Assembly: GCA_045863295.1 (NCBI GenBank)
Contig: BTWA01000050.1
Coordinates: forward strand, 1-32,295
Source: Candidatus Hydrogenedentota bacterium
Lineage (GTDB): Bacteria; Hydrogenedentota; Hydrogenedentia; Hydrogenedentales; SLHB01
Reading direction: 5' to 3'
DNA: 32,295 bases
Position numbers and translations under genes: made by a program. The notes below the pieces were generated by a model. The model worked only from the letters and a program-made list of their open reading frames with translations, was not told where the DNA came from and did not search any database. Of the stretch, positions 1 through 7,153 are shown piece by piece. The first letter of the stretch is position 1; the number at the start of each line of letters is the position of its first letter.

Positions 1-275
1 CTGCAATCTGTCAACAGGTATTTTACTGCACTAGAGTCGGGGGGGGGTGAATTATGTATCTCGTTGCGGCGCTTGCGGTTTACCGCGAACGCCTGGCGCA
101 TGTTTCGGGCAACGGCTGATGATTTGGGGGAGAATGGCGTGATCTCCGAGAACCGCCCGGCGTGAATGGTGACCACGAACGTTTGCGCCTGAATTGTTCT
201 CCGTGCGTCGAACATCCCCTATCGCAACCCTTGTTCTCTCGGCCACGGCCGGCATTGGAATCGCCTTCCCGCCGC

Positions 276-2438
276 ATGGTACTTTCCACCGGTTTTTGTA
301 CGCGCGTACGCAGGGGAATTCTTTCACCGGTGTTGGCCATCTACATACTTTCGCTCGGCCTCTCCACGGGGCTGTTCGGCGTTTTTTCGCGGCGGATGCT
401 CGCGGACTTCGGGTATGTGCCGGACTTTTCCACGGGGGTTGTGGCGGCGTGCGGTGTGGCGGCGGGGTATTTGGCGTTTCAGATCGGGTATGTGGCTGTG
501 GTGCGCTTCTTCTGGCCGACAAAGACCAGCGCGCCGCTGCTTGCGGAGGCGTTGTCGCACGCCTCGTGCCTGGTCTTTGTGCCCTACCTGATGAACGTGT
601 CGATTCCGTGGCCGCACCCCGCGTTGGCGACGCTGGCGCCGCTGATTTTTCTTGCGGCGTTTGTAGGCGTGCACACCGTGCTGAAGCTGTTTGCGTTTTA
701 CTGCATACTTTACAGCCTTCCGGGCACGCGCGCGTGGACGCCCTTGTGGTTGGGATGTTCCGCCGCCGCGGCTTTGATTTGCGTCTTGTGCGTGAATGCC
801 TGGGCGGGTGCGGTTCGCACCGCGTTGCCGGTCGCCAATCCGAACCTGAGCCTGTTCCGGGTGGGGGGCATGCATTACGAGGCCATGCCGGTGCCCGAGG
901 GCGCGGTTGTGAAAAAGATGCTTCCTGACTGGCGGAATGAGGCCCTGGTGTTTCATTGGGCGCTTCCTCCCGAGACGGAAGTCCGGGCCGACGATCTGCT
1001 GGACGACATCTATGTGACTATCGTTTTTCCAGGCAAGTCCACAAAGCGCATTTCACGCGAGTTGAAGGCAACGGGAGACGGTTGGATCTCCATGCGCGTT
1101 GACCCCTCGGAAATACCGGAGGGTGCGGAGTCGTGCGAGATTATCTGGTACAACCAGCGGGAGACCGGCTGGCTGACGTTCGCGGAATTCCGGCCGGTGG
1201 CATTGTCGAACCGGGCGTTGTTGTTGGCGGGCCCGTTCCAGCATGTGCCGCGCCAGGAAAGCGCTCCTCCCAATGTGGTGCTGATTGCAATCGATGATCT
1301 GTGCGCGGGGCACATGTCCATCGAGAAATACGAAGGCGCCTCCACGGCGGCCATGGACCGCCTTGCCAAAACGGGTCTATACCTGCCGGCGGCGTACACC
1401 GCTTCGCCCGATGCAAAGGCTTCCGCCATGACATTGCTGACGGGGGCAAGCCCGATTGAGCATGGAATACTGGCGGGATTAACCGAACCGGCATCGGGCC
1501 GGATCCGGCCGTTGGCGGCACACTTCCGGGACATGGGCTACGCCACGGCGGCCTTTACGGAAGGCGATGATCGCAACGATTTGGTCATTGGGAGCGGCTT
1601 CGAATCCGGGTTTGACGGCTTCGACTCCGGCTATACCCGGGAAGCTTCGGAACAGGGCGATGCCCTTGCGGCGGGCTTTCGCGATGAGGGCTCCCGCGGC
1701 ACCCTTGCTTCCGCGACTACCTGGATCGGCGACTACAAGAACCTTCCGTTTTTCGTGTTCATCCGGCTGCACGAATTGTCGGGCGTGGAACCGAGGTCCC
1801 GCTACGGCGAGACCGTGATGGCCGGGGAACCTTCGCCCTTGGCGTTGTACGATGCCGCACTGACGTATATGGACAGCGAATTGGACCGGTTCGTGAAGTT
1901 CATCAAGGAAAACGACACGAAGAGCAACACGGTGATCGTATTGACCGCGACTCGAGGTAAATCGTTTGACGCATCCGGCACGCACCCGACTCCGGATTTC
2001 GTGGAGGATGTGCTGAGAACGCCGGTGATCATCAACGGTCCGGGCATCGGCGCGGAACGCAAAACCGGGCTGTATACGACCGAAGATCTCGCCCCCACCA
2101 TACTAACCTTGGCGGGCGCGACGGACGGGGTCGATCCCAAGCGCAACTTCCTGGCCGAAGATTATCTGAATTTTCCCGTATCCGTCGGCGGCGATCCGTT
2201 GATACTGGCCATCCGGGACGACCGGTGGCGCTTTATCTGGGGATCGAAGCGGCGCGCGTTTACCGGCGAAGCGCAGTCTCCGGAAACCGCCGTCGAACTC
2301 TACCCCATACGCAACTTCGGCTGGGAATCACAGCGCAGCGTGGCGCAACGATACCCGGATAGGGTGCGGCGCTGGGTGGACACGTTGACGGTCTACCACA
2401 CCACGGAACTGGCGGCGCGACAGACGGCCGGAAGGTAG
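276..2438 (+). CDS. Membrane-anchored sulfatase-like (alkaline phosphatase superfamily) protein with degenerate active site
   Basis: ORF 162..2438; likely start ATG 276 (MVLSTG). About 5 N-terminal hydrophobic segments, then PNVVLIAIDDL, AYTASPDAKASAMTLLTG, PFFVFIRLHE, YDAALTYMD, NTVIVLTATRG and LRTPVII. This is the sulfatase scaffold, but it lacks CxPxR and SDHG. Confidence 0.8.
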   Translation: MVLSTGFCTRVRRGILSPVLAIYILSLGLSTGLFGVFSRRMLADFGYVPDFSTGVVAACGVAAGYLAFQIGYVAVVRFFWPTKTSAPLLAEALSHASCLVFVPYLMNVSIPWPHPALATLAPLIFLAAFVGVHTVLKLFAFYCILYSLPGTRAWTPLWLGCSAAAALICVLCVNAWAGAVRTALPVANPNLSLFRVGGMHYEAMPVPEGAVVKKMLPDWRNEALVFHWALPPETEVRADDLLDDIYVTIVFPGKSTKRISRELKATGDGWISMRVDPSEIPEGAESCEIIWYNQRETGWLTFAEFRPVALSNRALLLAGPFQHVPRQESAPPNVVLIAIDDLCAGHMSIEKYEGASTAAMDRLAKTGLYLPAAYTASPDAKASAMTLLTGASPIEHGILAGLTEPASGRIRPLAAHFRDMGYATAAFTEGDDRNDLVIGSGFESGFDGFDSGYTREASEQGDALAAGFRDEGSRGTLASATTWIGDYKNLPFFVFIRLHELSGVEPRSRYGETVMAGEPSPLALYDAALTYMDSELDRFVKFIKENDTKSNTVIVLTATRGKSFDASGTHPTPDFVEDVLRTPVIINGPGIGAERKTGLYTTEDLAPTILTLAGATDGVDPKRNFLAEDYLNFPVSVGGDPLILAIRDDRWRFIWGSKRRAFTGEAQSPETAVELYPIRNFGWESQRSVAQRYPDRVRRWVDTLTVYHTTELAARQTAGR

Positions 2439-2447
2439 CGGCAACCG

Positions 2448-3338
2448 TCAACCCAGTTCGGACAGAAACACTTCGCGTTTTTCCGCCAACGATTTCTCGA
2501 AGGCGGCCAACACCTGCACCGGCTCCAGAAGTTGTTCAGGGGTCAACGGCCACACCCCGGTCCGGAAGCACTCGAGAAAGACGTTCATTCCGTCGAAATA
2601 GGAGGTGCTACTGTCGACCAAGTGTTCTTTCCATCCGTTCTTGCCGAAGGCCATGATGTGAAAAATGTGCGGCCCACGATCGGGTCCGACAAAATTCAGC
2701 GTCACCAGCCGGCCGTCGTTGAATTTGCAGAAGCCGGTGGCGCTGCCGCCGTGCGCCGTGGCCAAGACGGACTCGCAGCCGTAACCAAAAGTCGCGTGCA
2801 TTAATTCGACGCCATGGATGCCATAGAAAAAAATGCCGTCGTACTCGCTCCCGGTTTCGGCAGGTCCAGTACTCACCCCTTGGGTGAGCTCGCCGGCGGT
2901 CGCTTTCAGGTCGGCAATAAAAGACACGGTGGATTGGGCAAAACGCAGGGTGGAGAACGACGTGAAAGCAATCCCCGCCTGCTGGGCCGCCTCAATCATT
3001 TGTCTTGCATCGCTTACAGACGACGCCAGCGGCTTATCCACAAAAACGGGCTTTTTCGCCTTGATAAACGGCATCACGTCATGTAAATGTTTGCTGCCAT
3101 GACGCCAAACACACAAGACGGCATCAACATCGCCGATCATGTCTTCCATGTTGTCGACGATGTTTGGTATTTTTGACTTATCGGCGACTTCCTTCGTGCG
3201 GACGGGATCCGTGCCGTAAATGTACGTAACGTGCACACCTTCAATGCGGCTGTTCGGAGTATCACGTTCCAGATTGGTCAACGCACTGAACGCTTCCGCA
3301 TGGCTGTTGTCGGATCCGATGATACCAATCCTGAGCAT
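2448..3338 (-). CDS. Gfo/Idh/MocA family NAD(P)-dependent oxidoreductase
   Basis: N-terminal Rossmann MLRIGIIGSD, VFVDKPLA (EKP-type motif), FFYGIHGVE. GGAGAGG RBS just upstream on the minus strand. Confidence 0.85.
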   Translation of the reverse strand: MLRIGIIGSDNSHAEAFSALTNLERDTPNSRIEGVHVTYIYGTDPVRTKEVADKSKIPNIVDNMEDMIGDVDAVLCVWRHGSKHLHDVMPFIKAKKPVFVDKPLASSVSDARQMIEAAQQAGIAFTSFSTLRFAQSTVSFIADLKATAGELTQGVSTGPAETGSEYDGIFFYGIHGVELMHATFGYGCESVLATAHGGSATGFCKFNDGRLVTLNFVGPDRGPHIFHIMAFGKNGWKEHLVDSSTSYFDGMNVFLECFRTGVWPLTPEQLLEPVQVLAAFEKSLAEKREVFLSELG

Positions 3339-3367
3339 GGACGCCTCTCCCCCTAGTGCCGCGACGT

Positions 3368-3409
3368 AAATAAAAATGGCCGGAACGCAGGGTAACGCGT
3401 TATCCGGCC
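3368..3409 (-). terminator. Probable intrinsic terminator after the 3434..3751 gene
   Basis: Stem GGCCGGA-ACGC (3378-3388) pairs with GCGT-ta-TCCGGCC (3397-3409), followed on the minus strand by ATTTTTATTT (complement of 3368-3377). Confidence 0.65.
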
Positions 3410-3433
3410 TGAATTCCAGTATAAGGTGTCGGA

Positions 3434-3751
3434 TTAGCTCTTGGCTTTGGCTTTGGCTTTACTCTTGGCCTTCGCTTTGGGCTTTGCTTTGGCCTTCGGC
3501 TTGCTGGCGGCTTTCTTCTTGGGAGCGGCTTCGGCGGCTTCGGCTGTAGCCGATGCGTAGAAATGCTTTCCGGCCTCAAGCATGTTGCCGATGTGGCGCT
3601 TGGTTCCGTCGCTTAGCTCGATACCCTTCTTCTTAATGGTCTCGAGAAGCGATTCCCAATCCTGGTGTTCCCAGGATCCTTTTTGATCGGTGACGAATTT
3701 CTCGACCACCGTGATCACGTCTTTAAGCGTCGTCTTCTTGGCTGGCGGCAT
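3434..3751 (-). CDS. Small basic protein: helical N-terminal domain plus Lys/Ala/Pro histone H1-like tail
   Basis: 105 aa ending AAPKKKAASKPKAKAKPKAKAKSKAKAKAKS. AAGGAGA RBS upstream of the ATG and a terminator downstream. Confidence 0.8.
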   Translation of the reverse strand: MPPAKKTTLKDVITVVEKFVTDQKGSWEHQDWESLLETIKKKGIELSDGTKRHIGNMLEAGKHFYASATAEAAEAAPKKKAASKPKAKAKPKAKAKSKAKAKAKS

Positions 3752-3843
3752 GGTTCCAATCTCCTTCTGCCCGGTTCCTGGAAACGCCCGCTCCCACGAA
3801 AACCCGTCCTTCCCCCCCCACTTGGAACGAGCATCCTACGGAT

Positions 3844-3895
3844 ACCATACAGCAAGTACGCTTCATTTGCAATTGCCGCCGCAGGGTACGAGAAT
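3844..3895. promoter_or_regulatory. Candidate back-to-back sigma70 promoters sharing a palindromic -35
   Basis: TTGCAA at 3867-3872 is self-complementary. Minus strand: N17 then TATGGT (3849-3844). Plus strand: N17 then GAGAAT (3890-3895). Confidence 0.35.
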
Positions 3896-3962
3896 TCGCT
3901 GGTATGGAATTGCGCGACCGCGGAATACATGCATGCCATTGAACGGAGTGCGTAACGTTGCC

Positions 3963-4649
3963 ATGCTGAAGCGAATAGCCTTGGTTTTTTGTGGCGTTTT
4001 GGGAGTAATCGCGATGATTGCCGTTGGTGCCTGGATTGCTGTAGGTCTGATTTCCGTGAGTGGAATTGAAACACCCAAATACAGTGTGCTGGAAAAAAAG
4101 GATGGCTACGAAATCCGGGAATACAAGCCGTACATTGTGGCGGAAGTCGTAGTGACCGGCGAATTTAAGGAAGCGCTCAATGGAGGCTTCCGGCAAGTGG
4201 CCGATTACATTTTTGGCAATAACACGGTGGCGGACAAAGAAGGTGAATCCAAAGAGATCGCCATGACCGCCCCGGTCTTGGAGCAGAAGCCGGAGAGCCA
4301 GGAAATCGCGATGACGGCTCCGGTGTTGGAGCAACAGCCTGCCGGTGATGCCAGTGAAGCACACATCGTTTCTTTCGTAATGCCCAGCGAGTACACGATG
4401 GCGACATTGCCCAAACCCAACAATCCGGATGTAAAACTGACCGAGGTGTCTGCAAAGAAGTATGCCGTGCTGGAGTTCTCCGGATTCGTCCCGGCTAAAA
4501 AGGCGGACGAAAAAAAAGAGGAGATTCGCGGACTGGCCGCTAGGGACGGCCTGAAGACAACCGGCGAACCGTTGCTCGCACAATACAATCCGCCGTGGAC
4601 GCCTCCATTTATGCGGAAAAATGAAGTTTGGCTCGAGATCGAGCCGTAG
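3963..4649 (+). CDS. SOUL heme-binding protein with N-terminal membrane anchor
   Basis: ETPKYSVL, YEIREY, GFRQVADYIFGNN, IAMTAPV, SFVMPSEY, LPKPNNP and AQYNPPWTPPFMRKNEV are SOUL-family hallmarks. Likely start ATG 3963 (MLKRIALV). Confidence 0.9.
   Translation: MLKRIALVFCGVLGVIAMIAVGAWIAVGLISVSGIETPKYSVLEKKDGYEIREYKPYIVAEVVVTGEFKEALNGGFRQVADYIFGNNTVADKEGESKEIAMTAPVLEQKPESQEIAMTAPVLEQQPAGDASEAHIVSFVMPSEYTMATLPKPNNPDVKLTEVSAKKYAVLEFSGFVPAKKADEKKEEIRGLAARDGLKTTGEPLLAQYNPPWTPPFMRKNEVWLEIEP
4245..4340 (+). repeat. 48-bp in-frame tandem duplication within the SOUL gene
   Basis: ESKEIAMTAPVLEQKP followed by ESQEIAMTAPVLEQQP, diverged at synonymous sites. Confidence 0.85.
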
Positions 4650-4678
4650 TTCCTTCGCATACATTGCGGCGGCTTTAG

Positions 4679-4707
4679 TTGCAGGCTTGCCACGCATAAC
4701 CTACTAT
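4679..4707 (+). promoter_or_regulatory. Candidate sigma70 promoter for a leaderless mRNA
   Basis: TTGCAG (4679-4684)-N17-TACTAT (4702-4707). ATG 4714 lies at the expected +1 and no SD sequence precedes it. Confidence 0.4.
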
Positions 4708-4713
4708 GCGGGT

Positions 4714-5391
4714 ATGGGCGGCGTCTTCCGTACAATTAAGGTTCATTGGAACCGTTCCGACAGTGTGCTGACAACCGCGACAACGCTTTCCTTCGTCGCC
4801 TTTGTCGCAAACGCCTGGTTCGAGTCGGCGGAATTGTGCTACGTCGCGTCGATTGTCCCCCTTGGAATCCTTCTATATCGGGCCTTTGCGTCGACGGATT
4901 CGTCTCTTTGGCGTTCGCTCGTATTTGGTGCGTTGGTTGGAATCGCATGGCCCTTTGGCGAAGCATTGGTGACACTGACGGTGGGGTGGTGGGGCGACTA
5001 CGATGCGCCGGGGTTCACCGTCCTATACACGCCCCTCTATTGCATATTGATTGGCTGGCTGGCGTCGACCTATCTCTATTATCTCGGCGAACGCGCGTTG
5101 GCCATGGGTTTCAGCGCCAAGGCGGCCGCCGCGAACACGGCACTCGCCGCATTGGTCATTGGCGCGATTGGCGAGAACCTGTTCGTCGCCGCGCGCATGT
5201 GGCACTACGATCCCTCAATACTTGATATTGGGAGCGTCCCATTGTTTGTGCCCGTGGCATATGGCATCGGGTACGGGGTGTTGCCTCTGGTGAATCAACG
5301 TCCAATGGCCGTGCAATTTGTGGTATGGGTAACCGTGACGCTGGTGGCGTCGGTGGGGCTGGGACTGGTTACGGGCTTTTTTCCCCGGTAG
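4714..5391 (+). CDS. Polytopic integral membrane protein of unknown function
   Basis: About 7 hydrophobic segments with an internal twofold repeat (GEALV..GWWGDY..TPLY and GENLFV..RMWHY..VPLF). Likely start ATG 4714. Confidence 0.7.
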   Translation: MGGVFRTIKVHWNRSDSVLTTATTLSFVAFVANAWFESAELCYVASIVPLGILLYRAFASTDSSLWRSLVFGALVGIAWPFGEALVTLTVGWWGDYDAPGFTVLYTPLYCILIGWLASTYLYYLGERALAMGFSAKAAAANTALAALVIGAIGENLFVAARMWHYDPSILDIGSVPLFVPVAYGIGYGVLPLVNQRPMAVQFVVWVTVTLVASVGLGLVTGFFPR

Positions 5392-6982
5392 CCGGCAACG
5401 CAGCATCCCGGCGCGCGCGCAGGAGCCCACGGTCTGGGTACCAACGGGTATCGCCGGGAATGATGCCTGCGGGCAGCGCTTTGCCTTCGTGCGCTTCAAT
5501 GACCATGGAAAAGCCATGTTCCGACACTTCTTGAACCGTCATGCGCGCAGCATCTGTCTCTATGACGTCTCCTTCCCGGCTCCACGTCATGGGCCAGGGC
5601 GATACGTCGCGAGGCAGCTTTCCATGCACTTCGACAACTCCTCCCGTCGTGGTCCACTCATCCGTTGATACATTCAAGTATCGCGGGGCATCTGCATTCA
5701 TTCGAAGGAGCGAAACCGCATTTACTTTCTTGCTGAATGGCGTGTTGTACGCAATGGAGTCTGAAAAGCAGGCGGGCGCACCGCGCAGATTCTGGTAGTC
5801 CGGCAAAATGCCAAGCGCACTGCTGGGATTTGCTTCCGCATAGGCTACGGCTGCGGATTGAAACTGCCTCACTTCGATGCCGGTCTTGTGCCAGGTACGA
5901 TTGGAAATGATCTGCATTGCGAAGAAAATCGCCGCGATGCTGGAAGTCAATCCAACAAGCGGCAACCGCCACCGTGGGTGATCCATCGCACGGAAGATAA
6001 TGCCGAGAATGCTAATGAGGAACAGGACATGCGGCAGCAGCAATTGTCCTCCGCCAATCATATGCACGGGATCAATGGGCCGGTCTCCCGGATGCAACCG
6101 GAGTAAAACCATGCCGAGCAGTCCAAAGAGTATGACCGGACGGTTTGCCTTGCGCAGTATCAGCACAAGCAAACATACAACCAACGCGCCGGAAAGCCAC
6201 GCGAGCAACGGGTATTCGACGAAGCGGTGCGCGGTCTCCGGCAAGAAACCGAGCGGATAAAACAGAAAATAGAGCACACCAAACATCTGCCCGAATCCGG
6301 GAAAGCTTTCAAGTAGTGATGTACGGTTCACGTATACGGCAATTCCCCCGATCAGAATTAAAGGAATTGTACGGCGCCAGTTCCTCTTGTCGGGCACTAC
6401 GGCCAAATACTCGTACAGAACCAGAACGGCAAACAGGAACGTGTTTGCGGGATACAACAGCATGGCGATAGCCGCGATCGCCAGCGGAAGTGGATACGTC
6501 CACCACGTGCCGTAATACACGTGGAGCGCGTACGCAAGCAGTGCAACGATCCCCGCGAAACATGGAATGATATCGCCTATACCGGAAAGGTTTACCAAAG
6601 CCTCGGTGTGGGCGGGATTGGCCATGAACAAACAGGCCGCAAAAGTGCCAAACCACCAAAAACCGCGAACAGTCAGATTGGTGAAATGATAAATCCCATG
6701 CATGCAGGCATAGAAGAAGGCCAAATTGACCAAACGGTACCAGACGGCATGATCGCCGAATGCGCCGATCTCCCAGGCAAACAGTTCACGCGCGATCGGG
6801 GGCAGGGATACTCCGTTGTCCGCCAGATGCGCATAGTCGCGGCCTATCGGGTGCGACCAAAGTGCAAAGGAATAGACAAATAACAGATACACGAGCAAGG
6901 CGACGGCATCAAACGTATGCCGGTACTTGACTCGAATCTTTATGAATGGATGCGGATTTTCCGTGGGAATGTCGCTGGTCAT
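5369..6982 (-). CDS. Integral membrane protein, probable GT-C-fold glycosyltransferase
   Basis: More than 10 TM segments. WYRLVNLAFF...LFMANPAHTEALVNLSG resembles the YhlvNlllH...lFavHPlhtEaV motif of TMTC/GT-C-like proteins. Soluble C-terminal domain. Start taken as ATG 6982 (MTSDIP). Confidence 0.65.
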   Translation of the reverse strand: MTSDIPTENPHPFIKIRVKYRHTFDAVALLVYLLFVYSFALWSHPIGRDYAHLADNGVSLPPIARELFAWEIGAFGDHAVWYRLVNLAFFYACMHGIYHFTNLTVRGFWWFGTFAACLFMANPAHTEALVNLSGIGDIIPCFAGIVALLAYALHVYYGTWWTYPLPLAIAAIAMLLYPANTFLFAVLVLYEYLAVVPDKRNWRRTIPLILIGGIAVYVNRTSLLESFPGFGQMFGVLYFLFYPLGFLPETAHRFVEYPLLAWLSGALVVCLLVLILRKANRPVILFGLLGMVLLRLHPGDRPIDPVHMIGGGQLLLPHVLFLISILGIIFRAMDHPRWRLPLVGLTSSIAAIFFAMQIISNRTWHKTGIEVRQFQSAAVAYAEANPSSALGILPDYQNLRGAPACFSDSIAYNTPFSKKVNAVSLLRMNADAPRYLNVSTDEWTTTGGVVEVHGKLPRDVSPWPMTWSREGDVIETDAARMTVQEVSEHGFSMVIEAHEGKALPAGIIPGDTRWYPDRGLLRARRDAALPATGEKSP

Positions 6983-7153
6983 GGCGCGCAAGTCTAACGA
7001 TCAAACCACGGAAACTTCAACGCATTTCTTTACGCGTAATTCGTAAATATATCACTTTCCCGTCTTGCGCAGACCTGAGTCTTGCATTATCCTAGTCTCT
7101 GTAGTGGGATGTAATGTTTGCGCCAACGAGTCAATTCAGGAGTATCCATTCCA

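Noticed and set aside
39..47. G9 homopolymer as a phase-variable promoter spacer (also C-run at about 3812-3819)
   Set aside because: No convincingly spaced -35/-10 pair around it, and no way to see length variation from one sequence.
3723..4697. 324-aa antisense ORF and similar long opposite-strand ORFs (e.g. 10251..11039, 324..956)
   Set aside because: They lie antisense to well-supported genes in GC-rich DNA and show no protein-like motifs.
7030..7039. TTACGCGTAA palindrome in a divergent intergenic region as an operator
   Set aside because: Single short occurrence, no second copy noticed, and no regulator gene in the window.
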